Below, piece after piece: positions 1 through 10,217 of a DNA stretch of 64,000 nucleotides. Source of the DNA: a virus. Each line of letters begins with the position of its first letter. Position 1 is the stretch's first letter. The DNA lies in the IMG/VR virus record IMGVR_UViG_3300042879_003054; one strand, written 5' to 3'. The translations under genes and the position numbers were made by a program. Below the pieces are notes generated by a model that did not search any database, was not told the origin of the DNA, and saw only the letters and a program-made list of their open reading frames with translations.

Positions 1-8
1 TGCCATAG

Positions 9-251
9 TTAAATCGGTTTTACATTTGCACCTGGAACTTTTGAAACCTTACGGAGGACATCATTCCATCCTGGATTTCTACTAACGTGTTTACTTAATA
101 AGTCACCAACCTCTCCTGGTGAAGCACATCCTTGTGACCAATCACGGGACCAAGGTTTATTATTTTCATACCAATCCATAATATCATGGACACTCATTTC
201 AATAACTTTTTTTTCACCCGTTTCCGGATTATAAACTGGATATATTGCCAT
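9..251 (-). CDS. small conserved cyanophage hypothetical protein
   Basis: ORF track 9..266; likelier start MAIYPVY at 251, with TAATG overlap on the upstream stop. Confidence 0.7.
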   Translation of the reverse strand: MAIYPVYNPETGEKKVIEMSVHDIMDWYENNKPWSRDWSQGCASPGEVGDLLSKHVSRNPGWNDVLRKVSKVPGANVKPI

Positions 252-802
252 TAAACCAATCTCCATCCTTTATGTTGTTGTTGTCTTCCTCTACGCAAAT
301 CATATATGCAAGAGGGTTTTAAATTGTGTAGTTCACAAAATTCATTAATATTGTCACCATTATATATTTCCCCCTTTGGAGACATCAATTTAAACGATTT
401 AACATGTAAGGGAGGTTTTATTCCCATATCTTTATTTCGTTTAGAAAGACGATTTTTCGCATCTTCACTCATACCTGGACCCAATACTCTACCCTTGCAG
501 GAATTTCGTATCTTTTCTTTACTTTTTTCAGTATGTCCAGTAAAGATAGGAGGAGCATCTCCACCATTTGATTTATTGCGAAGAATTCCAGTTCCCAAAT
601 CTTTTCTACCAAAAACATTAATCATATAAATTTCATGTTTATATGCAGCATCTTCTGTAAGATTATTTTTAAGAATGAGTATTCTGTCTTTTGGTGGAGG
701 AGAAAAGAAATCATGTTTTTGATATGCTCTTCTACCTTTACCTTTACCAATATACCATGGAGTTTTATCTTCTCGTAAATAAGCGTAAGTATAATACTCC
801 AT
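251..802 (-). mobile_element. free-standing GIY-YIG-like homing endonuclease with NUMOD3-like segment
   Basis: YTYAYLREDKTPWYIGKG...E..MI..FGR..N...GG; HTEKSKEKIR; sits directly downstream of thyX. Confidence 0.8.
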
Positions 803-829
803 AAAATTACAAAATCAACACAAAAATAT

Positions 830-1582
830 TTAGGGACTCAGACGTGCTCTATGCAGTCTCTTCTCTTCATAGTAGTTCCAAACATTTGGTGCCCATAGTT
901 TCAGTTCGGGAGCAATTGCATCACAAAGTGCTTGAATTTCAAGTTGAGCATCAAGTTTTGAACGAAGATCCATAAAGTGAAGAACAGACCTTAGATTGAA
1001 AGAAACCACAAAGTTCTGACGAATTGCCTGAGGAAGATAATCCCGAATATGCTCTTCACACATACCCTGCTCATAGTAATCAACATACTCCTCACACTCA
1101 CTCAAAATGCGATCTAACTTGCGTTGTCGGTGCTCTTCGGTCCATTCATACTTCTTACCCTTACGATTGGTGTAGAATCCCACAGGGCGCACATAGAAGA
1201 CCTCTTCAACATCAAGTTCCTTTTTAGCAACCTTAACTACACGCTTTCCAGTATAACGCTGAGATTGAACATCCCAACTAGTTCCGATACGATGAGTTCT
1301 TGCCTGAACGATAACATTATGAACAAATCCAGCACAAGAAAAAGTAATGCCAGGGTGCTCAATTGGACCCCAATGCCCTCTCTCATTAGCAAGCAATTGT
1401 TCAACAATCCACTGACCACATTCGTGATGGTTAGGAACTGGAACGTTATGAATCGGAACTTCAGAATAATCGCCCTTTCCTGCTTGCCAAATAACTTGTT
1501 CTGGGATTGGATAACCCTGAAGTTTTACAACTTCAAGTCTTTTATCCAGTTCAAGAAGGTCTTTTGCTTTAATAGGTTTCAT
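830..1582 (-). CDS. thyX: FAD-dependent thymidylate synthase
   Basis: QARTHR...SQRY signature, NLRS..HF..LR, AQLEI. Confidence 0.95.
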   Translation of the reverse strand: MKPIKAKDLLELDKRLEVVKLQGYPIPEQVIWQAGKGDYSEVPIHNVPVPNHHECGQWIVEQLLANERGHWGPIEHPGITFSCAGFVHNVIVQARTHRIGTSWDVQSQRYTGKRVVKVAKKELDVEEVFYVRPVGFYTNRKGKKYEWTEEHRQRKLDRILSECEEYVDYYEQGMCEEHIRDYLPQAIRQNFVVSFNLRSVLHFMDLRSKLDAQLEIQALCDAIAPELKLWAPNVWNYYEEKRLHRARLSP

Positions 1583-1746
1583 TTCTTTCCAAATCCTTTT
1601 GTTGTTTTTGCTTCAAGTTCTGCAAGTTCTTGTTTTACTACTCGCAGTTGTTTTTTCATATCAATCAGTTGCTCAGAAGAATATAGGTGTTCTTGTTTTG
1701 TCAATCTTTCAAGCAACTTTACTAGTTCTCGTGCTCTATTAGTCAT
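1579..1746 (-). CDS. 55-aa hypothetical protein (not in ORF track)
   Basis: read manually: MTNRARELVKLLERL...KGFGKK; ATGA overlap with thyX start. Confidence 0.75.
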   Translation of the reverse strand: MTNRARELVKLLERLTKQEHLYSSEQLIDMKKQLRVVKQELAELEAKTTKGFGKK

Positions 1747-1921
1747 TATCATCCTCAAAGATTTCGTCGTAATCTAAAATTGGTCTTTTTCCCATCGGTT
1801 TCATAGGAGTGTAAGCAGAAGTATCAGAATAAATTTCTGCCTTTAGAGAATCAACTAAGAGTTCAAGATTACGAACAATAAGTTTTAGTTTTTCTTTGTC
1901 CATAGAATGTTTTCTTCTCAC
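1739..1921 (-). CDS. hypothetical protein
   Basis: ORF in gene-dense run; probable start MDKEKLKL. Confidence 0.7.
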   Translation of the reverse strand: MRRKHSMDKEKLKLIVRNLELLVDSLKAEIYSDTSAYTPMKPMGKRPILDYDEIFEDDND

Positions 1922-1968
1922 TTTATGTTAACACAAAAAAAGGGAGAAGACAATCCCCCCCCTTTATC

Positions 1969-2226
1969 TTATTTTTTTGTTTTTTTATCTTTAACTTGAT
2001 AGTTATATGATTTTGGATTTACAGTTCCTTCTGTCCATTTAATCTTTAAGATATTGCCTTTACCATATTGGTCGTAGTAATTATCAAATACTTCTACAAA
2101 CGAACCTGCTTGAACAATATCATATTTTGTTTGATCATCTTCAAGATATGTAATTAAATAAGAGTTCCTGGGTAAACTTTTATTATTTGATACAGAAGGA
2201 TCACAATTTTTATGTATTATTAGCAT
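1969..2226 (-). CDS. hypothetical protein
   Basis: ORF track; tightly packed with neighbours. Confidence 0.7.
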   Translation of the reverse strand: MLIIHKNCDPSVSNNKSLPRNSYLITYLEDDQTKYDIVQAGSFVEVFDNYYDQYGKGNILKIKWTEGTVNPKSYNYQVKDKKTKK

Positions 2227-2228
2227 AA

Positions 2229-2819
2229 TTAACTTCTATTTCCCCAAGTAATATCTGGGTATGCTTCAGAAACTATTTCTTTAGTAATTTTATATCTTGT
2301 TTGTAATTTTTTATCTTTACACAAACAAAGAATCTCTGCTTCTAATGGATGTAAACCTTCCAACAGATTTACAAAAATATTTTCTCTACGAATACCATTT
2401 AAAGAATCATTACCACCCTTTACAAAGTTATAAAATTTATCATATTCCTTACGTATTGTAGAATACTTTTGGTCAATTGCTCCGATTGAAGAATCACTCA
2501 ATTGTTTAACTGCTTCTTCAATTCTTTCAGACATTGTTGTCGTCTTCATCGTATTATCCCCAAAAAAGGGAACATCACCTTCTGGTAAAACGGATATTAC
2601 CGATTCATCAAAATTCCATATAAAAATTGCTTTTAATGAATCGTGCTCATATTTTTTAAGCACTTCGACTTTTTTTACATTAGTTCTTTGTGAACTAGCA
2701 AGATTTAAAACTTCAAAAGCAAAAGGATTTGCAGGAAGATCTATATTTTCATTTACAACTTCTTTTGCTTTTGAAGTGGTTCTTTTAGTCGTTGTTTTTT
2801 CTTTTACTGTCATTGTCAT
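2229..2819 (-). CDS. conserved T4-like phage hypothetical protein
   Basis: RRE.IF.NLLEGLHP.EAE motif. Confidence 0.8.
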   Translation of the reverse strand: MTMTVKEKTTTKRTTSKAKEVVNENIDLPANPFAFEVLNLASSQRTNVKKVEVLKKYEHDSLKAIFIWNFDESVISVLPEGDVPFFGDNTMKTTTMSERIEEAVKQLSDSSIGAIDQKYSTIRKEYDKFYNFVKGGNDSLNGIRRENIFVNLLEGLHPLEAEILCLCKDKKLQTRYKITKEIVSEAYPDITWGNRS

Positions 2820-2856
2820 AAAATTAATGCAGAATTAAATTAATTAAATTTATTTA

Positions 2857-3093
2857 TCAATCATTATCACTATCATCTTCATCAATAAAATAATCAGGAT
2901 CAAATCTTACTGAAACAATTTCTTGATCAATTAACTCACCATTTTTATTGTAAAACTCTGGATGATAAGCAATTTGTTTTGGTCCTTCTTGATAGTTCAT
3001 CATATATTCTCTGGCACTCCATCCGATAAAAAGTCCCACCATAAAAAATAAAACAATTAAAAAAGAACCAAACACTAAATATGTTGCTGTCAT
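2857..3093 (-). CDS. membrane protein with N-terminal TM helix
   Basis: hydrophobic residues ~5-25; HPE..D/N..G motif. Confidence 0.7.
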   Translation of the reverse strand: MTATYLVFGSFLIVLFFMVGLFIGWSAREYMMNYQEGPKQIAYHPEFYNKNGELIDQEIVSVRFDPDYFIDEDDSDND

Positions 3094-3110
3094 TGATCTT
3101 CTCCGAGAGA

Positions 3111-3296
3111 CTACTTTTTTTTCATTATATCTAATTCAATTTTGAGGTATATCTCTCTTTTGAGTAGAGAAAATACTTTTTCAAAATTGAAAGTTTTTGG
3201 TATCAATTTTGTTTCTTTTTCCTCTCCTCCTTTTTTTCTAAGCATTAACTCAAAACCACGATTAATGCTATAATTTTCAGAATTATTTATGGACAC
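3111..3296 (-). CDS. hypothetical protein
   Basis: ORF track; packed with neighbours. Confidence 0.6.
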   Translation of the reverse strand: MSINNSENYSINRGFELMLRKKGGEEKETKLIPKTFNFEKVFSLLKREIYLKIELDIMKKK

Positions 3297-3298
3297 GA

Positions 3299-3547
3299 TC
3301 AGAGCATATTATTTTCTTGTAAGTATGTGATTGTATCAGTACATCCACCAATATGTTTATCGTTTAGAATAACTTGAGGAAAAGTTGAACCTTCTCCAAA
3401 TTCTGCATAAAATTGTTCTCTATTGAAATCAGTATTAAGTTCATAAGAAATAACATTGTATTTCTTTGTTTCACTCAAAAGAGTTAAAACCATTTTAACC
3501 TTATCACAATAGGGGCAACCTTGCTTTGAATAAATTGTAAAATTCAT
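3299..3547 (-). CDS. nrdC: glutaredoxin
   Basis: CPYC active site, TFPQV, IGG. Confidence 0.92.
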   Translation of the reverse strand: MNFTIYSKQGCPYCDKVKMVLTLLSETKKYNVISYELNTDFNREQFYAEFGEGSTFPQVILNDKHIGGCTDTITYLQENNML

Positions 3548-3554
3548 AATACTT

Positions 3555-3935
3555 TTAAACTTTATTTTGTCTTTGTGGATATTTATAGAGCACTTGCTCC
3601 TTCTTATTGTGCATCCATTTTAGTATAGCACGTCTTTTTTCTTCTGTAAAAAAATCTTGTTCGGAAAACCAATCTTCCCAAGGAGTATGTTTCTTGTCTT
3701 GATTGCAGGAATGGCAGCAACAGACAACATTGTTTGTGAAATCCGTTCCACCTTTTGATCTTGGAACTATATGATCAATGGTCAGGTTTTCTTCAGAATC
3801 ACAATAAGCACATTTATGATTCCAATGTTCTTTAATATGTTGCCTCCATATTCGTTTTGCTTCTCCAGAACTTGTTGTATAAAGATTAAACAAGTATTCT
3901 TTGGACGAATGAAGAGGAGTCATAAGTTTTTGCAA
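3555..3935 (-). CDS. HNH endonuclease
   Basis: CAYC...TIDHIVPRSKGG...N...CC.SCN. Confidence 0.92.
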   Translation of the reverse strand: MQKLMTPLHSSKEYLFNLYTTSSGEAKRIWRQHIKEHWNHKCAYCDSEENLTIDHIVPRSKGGTDFTNNVVCCCHSCNQDKKHTPWEDWFSEQDFFTEEKRRAILKWMHNKKEQVLYKYPQRQNKV

Positions 3936-3946
3936 CTTATGAATAT

Positions 3947-5542
3947 TTAGATTCCAAATTTACGTCTAAATGCTTCAAAGTTTATTTGGATTTCTTCATT
4001 TGTCAATTCACGATTATAAATCATCACGTTGTTCCATAAGCAACTATAGTTATTTGTTCCTGTTCCAAAGATTTTATCAAGATTAATTTGATCAGAATTA
4101 TTCCAATCGTTAGAAGAACCTAAAGTTTTGGCATTTCCATTTGTAGAAATAAAGGTATAGTAATTCGTCGTAACACCAAAAACAACAAAAGTCCAATCAG
4201 AAAAAGATGCTGATTGACTTGATGGTATAGGGTTTGATGTGTTAGTACTCGGATAAGATCTACCGGCACCCCAAACAATTCTTACTGCACCTTGCCCACC
4301 ATCTCCACCATCCCTCACATATCTATAAGTTGATGTAGAAGTTCTTGAACCACCTCCACCACCATAAAGTCCTCCTACCGATCTACTCGTTTGAGACGTA
4401 GAATTTCCAGATGAAGATGTTCCTCTACTTCCATCAGATCCAGGTGACCCAGAATTTACGGTTAGAGATGTTGATCCACCTGTTCCTCCAAATCCATTAG
4501 ATCCAGATGCATATATTCCAACTCCACCACCAGGATTAACTACTTCCTCAGTTATAGAAGTAGAACTATTTCCACCTCCACCTCCGCCTCCACCAGAACC
4601 ATTAGACCCATTTGCGCTAAGCGTACCGCCATTTGCACCGGCACCACCATTTCCAGTATATCCGCCAGCACCTCCTCCTCCACCACCACGACTACTACTT
4701 CCATTACCACCATTACCACCAGAACCACCATTAGTCCTCATGGTTCCACTGGAAGATCCTCCACTACCACCACTTGCATCAGTAAAGATTCCATATGCCC
4801 CACCACCTCCTCCTCCACCTTCAAGAAGAGAAGTGCCAGAATGTGATACTGTTTTTATATAACTAGATTCACCAGAATTTCCAGTAGTTCCTGCAGAACC
4901 AGCATTATTATAATTGTAGGAACGACCACCAGTTCCACCGGCACCAACTCTAATATAAAGAGTATCTCCAGGAGTTACAGAAGTGGAACCATAAGCAAGT
5001 CCTCCTCCTCCACCTCCAGCACCCTCATGATTACTATCACCACCACCGGCACCTCCACCACCACCAATACAAACAGCAGTGATAGAAGTTACCCCAACAG
5101 GAACAGACCAGGTTGTAGTGCCAACTGAAGTGAATACTTTTTGTCCTTCTATTTTTATATTATCTTTTATTTCCCACCCATTAGAAGTTCCATATCTTCC
5201 AAATTCAATTGCTTTAGTTCCAGATTGTTGCTGAAACCAATAATTCCATTCACTATTTGTTAAAGTCTGTGGTTTAATCATCATACAAATAGTAAAACCA
5301 CTACCTGTTGAAGCAGATACAGAAACATTTGTATTGCTTATATAAGATGTTGAACCTGTTGATATAAAATGACTTGTGGTCCCTGAAGATACAAATGTTT
5401 GATTGAATGAAGTATTAGTTGCACCATATCCAACTAGATTCTTGATTGCTGTTCCGACACCAGAATATGATTTTGGATTTCCGGCATCATTCAGATAAAT
5501 CAACCCATCAGTAACGATTCTAGTTTTAATGTATCTTCCCAT
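3947..5542 (-). CDS. LamG/ConA-like virion protein with inserted glycine-rich domain
   Basis: DGLIYLNDAGNPKSY N-term and IYNRELT.EEI.INFEA.R.KFG C-term typical of phage LamG proteins; central Gly-rich block. Confidence 0.75.
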   Translation of the reverse strand: MGRYIKTRIVTDGLIYLNDAGNPKSYSGVGTAIKNLVGYGATNTSFNQTFVSSGTTSHFISTGSTSYISNTNVSVSASTGSGFTICMMIKPQTLTNSEWNYWFQQQSGTKAIEFGRYGTSNGWEIKDNIKIEGQKVFTSVGTTTWSVPVGVTSITAVCIGGGGGAGGGDSNHEGAGGGGGGLAYGSTSVTPGDTLYIRVGAGGTGGRSYNYNNAGSAGTTGNSGESSYIKTVSHSGTSLLEGGGGGGGAYGIFTDASGGSGGSSSGTMRTNGGSGGNGGNGSSSRGGGGGGAGGYTGNGGAGANGGTLSANGSNGSGGGGGGGGNSSTSITEEVVNPGGGVGIYASGSNGFGGTGGSTSLTVNSGSPGSDGSRGTSSSGNSTSQTSRSVGGLYGGGGGSRTSTSTYRYVRDGGDGGQGAVRIVWGAGRSYPSTNTSNPIPSSQSASFSDWTFVVFGVTTNYYTFISTNGNAKTLGSSNDWNNSDQINLDKIFGTGTNNYSCLWNNVMIYNRELTNEEIQINFEAFRRKFGI

Positions 5543-5746
5543 TTAATTATCAACTTTTTTCTTGTATTTATGAGCACAAGCGCTCCTTGCCCAAGCACGA
5601 CTTGGACTATTTACATAAGAACAAGACTTTTGCTTTTCCTTACAGTGAGGTCATTTTGCATCTGGGGGATCAGCAATATATCCATCAGGAGTGTACATCC
5701 TCTTCTTTTTAAGATTCTCAGATTGTTTTCTTTTACGATGATTCAT
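5543..5746 (-). pseudogene. 67-codon ORF with an in-frame TGA at codon 32 (pseudogene, readthrough or selenocysteine)
   Basis: MNHRKRK...DPPDAK*PHCKEKQKSC...C..KKKVDN*; fills the gap between both neighbours exactly. Confidence 0.6.
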
Positions 5747-6054
5747 ACCATAAAAGGTTCTGCTTGCCTATCAGGAAGTTTGATTTGTGGTAATTGATTA
5801 ATTTTCTCAACCATCCACTCATCTTGATGCTCTTGATAAGGTTTGGTATTGATAGCAATTTCATTCGTTGGCAGTGCCTTTGGTATCTCAACATCAATCA
5901 CCTGACCCATCAGAAACTTATTGCGAGTATAAGTGCGGTTTTGGGGATCAAAAGAAACCATCGCAAGAGCATCTTCCTCCAAACCACAATCCATAAGTTT
6001 TTTTCCAGTGTTTCTATTAATTACCGAAAAATATTCTTCATTATACTTTTTCAT
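5743..6054 (-). CDS. hypothetical protein
   Basis: ORF track; AGGA RBS upstream. Confidence 0.7.
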   Translation of the reverse strand: MKKYNEEYFSVINRNTGKKLMDCGLEEDALAMVSFDPQNRTYTRNKFLMGQVIDVEIPKALPTNEIAINTKPYQEHQDEWMVEKINQLPQIKLPDRQAEPFMV

Positions 6055-6159
6055 TTTTAGTTTCCTTTTCTTTATTATACCCCCTGTTCATGGGTCTGTA
6101 AAGTTGTGGCCAAGTATCACGAATGATCTCATCCAATTTATAAGGTGTTTCTGAACTAA

Positions 6160-7182
6160 TCATCTAACGTGATGTCCCCCAAACATAAACCTCATTCCGT
6201 TCAAGATTTTTGCTCCAAATGATCCAAGATTGCGTGAGTTAAATCTTTCAAATAGCGCAGTAGTAATGACAGGAGCGGGAACCCCCAGATCCACAGCGGC
6301 AGAAACAGTCCAACGACCCTCACCGCTGTCGGATACGCCTCCAGAGAACTGTTTAAGGCTACCATCCCTGCGTAGCACATCAGCAGTAAGGTCAAGTAAC
6401 CAAGACCCAACCACGCTACCACGACGCCATAACTCAGCAACCTCAGCAACATCAATATCATAGCAATAGGATTCCGGGTCTGCCATTGGGGCAACCTCTG
6501 CATCTCCTTCTCTGACATACTGAGCACCTGCATTTGCATTCTTGATAATGTTGAATCCTTCTGCGTATGCCTGCATAATACCATACTCAATACCATTATG
6601 CACCATCTTTACAAAGTGCCCTGCACCTGGTCCACCACAATGCAACCACCCATATTCAGCAGAAGTTATGTCTGAGTCAAATTGAGTCCTGGGGGCAGCG
6701 TCAATTCCTGGGGAGAGTGCATTAAAAATGCGCGAACAAGTGGAGACTGCAGTATCTCCACCTCCAACCATAAGACAGTATCCACGATCCAAACCGTAAA
6801 CACCACCACTAGTCCCGCAATCAATATACTGGATACCCTGCTTTGCAAGTCGTTCTGCTCTCTTCCGACTGTCCTTAAAATTGCTATTGCCATGATCAAT
6901 AATAATATCTCCTTCACCACAATATCGTAGTAACTCATTAATCGTCTCCTCTACTGTTTCTACAGGAACTACCATCTGAAAAATTCCTGGTTTATTTTGT
7001 CCCTTGACTACTTGAACAAGGCTTTGTATAGAAGTTGTAACACCATTAACATATCCGTTTTTGTATGCTTCTTGTGCTTTTTCATAATTTCTACGATACC
7101 CCCAAACTTCTATTCCTGCCTTCATCATACGACGAGACATTCCTTCACCCATTCTACCTAATCCAATTAATCCTACTTTCAT
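6160..7182 (-). CDS. gnd: 6-phosphogluconate dehydrogenase
   Basis: GLIGLGRMG, IDHGN, DCGTSGG, GAGHFVKMVHNGIEYG, FGGH; start probably MKVG at 7182. Confidence 0.96.
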   Translation of the reverse strand: MKVGLIGLGRMGEGMSRRMMKAGIEVWGYRRNYEKAQEAYKNGYVNGVTTSIQSLVQVVKGQNKPGIFQMVVPVETVEETINELLRYCGEGDIIIDHGNSNFKDSRKRAERLAKQGIQYIDCGTSGGVYGLDRGYCLMVGGGDTAVSTCSRIFNALSPGIDAAPRTQFDSDITSAEYGWLHCGGPGAGHFVKMVHNGIEYGIMQAYAEGFNIIKNANAGAQYVREGDAEVAPMADPESYCYDIDVAEVAELWRRGSVVGSWLLDLTADVLRRDGSLKQFSGGVSDSGEGRWTVSAAVDLGVPAPVITTALFERFNSRNLGSFGAKILNGMRFMFGGHHVR

Positions 7183-7385
7183 TTTTTCCAATCCTCATAA
7201 ACTTTTCTAAAATACATATCCACTTTATTCAAACTATCTAAATGAATATCGCAAACATAATTATGATCATCACACCATTGTAAAGCAATGGTGTGAAATT
7301 TTTCTTCACTCATAACTCTCTTGACACCGTACAATCTAGAAAATGATGACATCACAAAATGCCAGCACTGATGTTCCGATTTCAT
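7179..7385 (-). CDS. hypothetical protein
   Basis: ATGA overlaps with talC and gnd. Confidence 0.75.
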   Translation of the reverse strand: MKSEHQCWHFVMSSFSRLYGVKRVMSEEKFHTIALQWCDDHNYVCDIHLDSLNKVDMYFRKVYEDWKK

Positions 7386-8041
7386 TTTTGATTTTTAATA
7401 ACCTCTTCCCAATCTTTCTGAAAGAGTTCTAAACCCTTATCAGTCATAATGTTTTTATACATTGCCCAGAATACAATCGGAGGAATTGTAACCACATCAG
7501 CACCCGCAATAATAGATTGTTCTACTTGCCGAACATCACGAAGCGATGCTGCAAGAATCTCTGTTTGTGAAAATGAATGATCATATACTTTACGAATATT
7601 TTTAATCAACTCAATACCATCAATTGAATTGTCCATCCAACGACCAACGAAAGGTGAGATAAATGTTGCTCCTGCTTTAGATGCAAGAATTGCCTGTGCT
7701 ACTGAGAACACAAGAGTTACATTTGTTTTAATTCCTTTATCAGAAAGTGTTTTACAAGCCTTAAGTCCTTCTACAGTACAAGGAACTTTAATGGTAACCG
7801 CAGGAGCGATTGTGTAATATTGTTGTGCTTGTGAAATCATTTCTTCGGCAGTATCTGCAACTACCTCTGCTGAAATGCTTTCTAAATTTGGAAATATATC
7901 TGAAATTTCATTAATAACTTCTTGGAGTTGTCTACCACTCTTAAGAATTAAAGTGGGATTTGTAGTAACTCCATCTAATAGTCCAGTATCATATGCTGAA
8001 CTAATCATTGAAACATCTGCCGTATCTAAAAAGATCTTCAT
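7382..8041 (-). CDS. talC: transaldolase (TalC family)
   Basis: FLDTAD, GVTTNP, IKVP, NVTLVFS, SPFVGR, AASLR. Confidence 0.96.
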   Translation of the reverse strand: MKIFLDTADVSMISSAYDTGLLDGVTTNPTLILKSGRQLQEVINEISDIFPNLESISAEVVADTAEEMISQAQQYYTIAPAVTIKVPCTVEGLKACKTLSDKGIKTNVTLVFSVAQAILASKAGATFISPFVGRWMDNSIDGIELIKNIRKVYDHSFSQTEILAASLRDVRQVEQSIIAGADVVTIPPIVFWAMYKNIMTDKGLELFQKDWEEVIKNQK

Positions 8042-8119
8042 AAAAGAAAAAGAACTCCTTAGTAATTATAAGAAGTTCTTTTTAGGTGTCTATGAATTGT
8101 TGGGATTTGAAGATATTAT

Positions 8120-8824
8120 TCAATATTTTTCAAGAGCATAAATTCCATTTTTCTCTACAATAGCAGAACAAGTATCACACCAATCACCACAGCACATATA
8201 CAAAAGTTTATTAAAGTATCTGATGTTGCCGTGATGAATATGTCCGCAGATTATACCATCATATTTCTTATCTCTCTGAACACAAAATGATGCAATATCA
8301 GTCTCATATTGATTGATATAGTTCTTACCCCGAACACTATTCTTCAGTGCATAAACCAAAGAGAATCTGAAGAATCTTTCCAGGAACAAACTGATCGGTG
8401 TAATCAATTCATATCCTTTATTAAACATTAATTGTTTCCAGGAACCGGATGAATACTCGGAATACTTATCTCCATGAACACAAAGAAACTTATTACCTTT
8501 TGAATCTTTATGAGTATATTCATCTACCATTCGGAAGTTCTTATGTTCAAAGTTCGTATAACGACGAATCTCTGCTTCGTGATTTCCAAGAATATAAATG
8601 ACTTCGGTTCCTTTCTTTGCTAGGTTTAGAATCTGATGAACACATTTTGTATGTTCTTTTGTCCAACGAGTATTATATTTTTCCATACAGTAGATGTCTA
8701 TAATATCACCTACCATTACTAACTTTTTAGTTTTTAAGTTTTTAAGAAAATTATAAAATTTTTCAGTATCACATCTTGGAGTGCCCAAATGAACATCAGA
8801 TAGAAAAACTGTATCGTAAGTCAT
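8120..8824 (-). CDS. metallophosphoesterase (LpxH-like)
   Basis: SDVHLG, GDIID, GNH, HGD, GHIH. Confidence 0.9.
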   Translation of the reverse strand: MTYDTVFLSDVHLGTPRCDTEKFYNFLKNLKTKKLVMVGDIIDIYCMEKYNTRWTKEHTKCVHQILNLAKKGTEVIYILGNHEAEIRRYTNFEHKNFRMVDEYTHKDSKGNKFLCVHGDKYSEYSSGSWKQLMFNKGYELITPISLFLERFFRFSLVYALKNSVRGKNYINQYETDIASFCVQRDKKYDGIICGHIHHGNIRYFNKLLYMCCGDWCDTCSAIVEKNGIYALEKY

Positions 8825-8826
8825 AA

Positions 8827-9066
8827 TCAGAATCTTGATGGAGTATATTCAATATCTTCAAGAATATCATTTAATATTTCACCATATTCTTTGAATCGTT
8901 TATCTCCTGCAATAAAACGACGTTGACGCATCCATACAGCATCTGCCAGAAGTTTGATTTGGTCTTCTGTGAAGGTTATAGTTTTCATAGTTAAAAGGTA
9001 ACTGTTGTATGTATTAGAAATCTTGTGCGACTGATAATATGAACATAATAACACCGAAAAGTTCAA
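8827..9066 (-). CDS. hypothetical protein
   Basis: ORF track; real start probably the internal MKTITF. Confidence 0.6.
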   Translation of the reverse strand: MNFSVLLCSYYQSHKISNTYNSYLLTMKTITFTEDQIKLLADAVWMRQRRFIAGDKRFKEYGEILNDILEDIEYTPSRF

Positions 9067-9094
9067 AGAGAAAGAGTATTAGAAGAAATGCCAT

Positions 9095-9121
9095 AAAAAA
9101 GGAGTTCTTGTAGAACTCCCT
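9095..9121 (-). terminator. intrinsic terminator after psbD
   Basis: GGAGTTCT hairpin followed by T-run on - strand. Confidence 0.7.
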
Positions 9122-9129
9122 TATTTATT

Positions 9130-10206
9130 TTAGAGTGCGTTGCCCCTCGGGAGAACTTCCTCTGGAAATACGAACCGTTCCCCTGGTTGGTCTACTGGTG
9201 CCATCCATGCCCTTAACCCCTCATTAAGAAGTATATTTTTTGTGTAAAATGTCTCAAATTCCGGGTCTTCTGCGGCACGAATCTCCTGACTTACAAAATC
9301 ATAAGCACGAAGATTGAGAGCCAAACCAATAATACCAATAGAACTAGTCCAGAGACCCATAACGGGAACAAAAAGCATGAAAAAATGTAACCAACGCTTA
9401 TTGGAAAAAGCAATTCCAAAAATCTGCGACCAGAATCGATTTGCAGTAACCATTGAATAAGTCTCTTCCTCTTGCGTAGGTTCAAATGCTTTGAACGTGT
9501 TTGCTTGATTTCCATCTTCAAATAGAGTGTTTTCTACAGTTGCTCCGTGAATTGCACAGAGCAGTGCTCCTCCCAGTATACCAGCAACTCCCATCATATG
9601 AAAGGGGTTGAGCGTCCAGTTATGGAAACCTTGTAAGAATAGGAGGAACCTAAAAATCGCAGCAACACCAAACGACGGCGCAAAGAACCAACTGGATTGA
9701 CCCAGTGGATACATTAGGAATACAGAAACGAATACTGCAATGGGACCAGAGAATGCGATTGCATTATAAGGACGAATACCGACCAGACGAGCAATCTCAA
9801 ACTGACGAAGCATAAATCCAATCAGAGCGAAAGACCCGTGGAGTGCCACAAAAGGCCAGAGTCCCCCAAGTTGGACCCAGCGGACGAAATCCCCCTGAGA
9901 CTCAGGACCCCAAAGTAGAAGAAGAGAATGACCCATAGCATCAGCAGGCGTTGACACAGCTGCCGTGAGGAAATTAGCACCCTCAAGGTAAGAAGACGCC
10001 AACCCGTGGGTGTACCAACTTGTAGCAAACGTTGTGCCAGTAAGCCAGCCACCAATGGCCAAATAAGCAGTGGGAAAAAGAAGTAATCCAGACCAACCCA
10101 CAAAGACAAAGCGATCTCGTTTAAGCCAGTCATCCAGGACATCGAACCACCCCCTTTGTGAAATAGGTTGTGAAAGTGTAGAAGAAACCATAGTCTCCAT
10201 TGTCAT
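9130..10206 (-). CDS. psbD: photosystem II D2 protein
   Basis: [22 protein letters not shown]...[10 protein letters not shown]. Confidence 0.99.
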   Translation of the reverse strand: MTMETMVSSTLSQPISQRGWFDVLDDWLKRDRFVFVGWSGLLLFPTAYLAIGGWLTGTTFATSWYTHGLASSYLEGANFLTAAVSTPADAMGHSLLLLWGPESQGDFVRWVQLGGLWPFVALHGSFALIGFMLRQFEIARLVGIRPYNAIAFSGPIAVFVSVFLMYPLGQSSWFFAPSFGVAAIFRFLLFLQGFHNWTLNPFHMMGVAGILGGALLCAIHGATVENTLFEDGNQANTFKAFEPTQEEETYSMVTANRFWSQIFGIAFSNKRWLHFFMLFVPVMGLWTSSIGIIGLALNLRAYDFVSQEIRAAEDPEFETFYTKNILLNEGLRAWMAPVDQPGERFVFPEEVLPRGNAL

Positions 10207-10217
10207 TTCTCATATTT

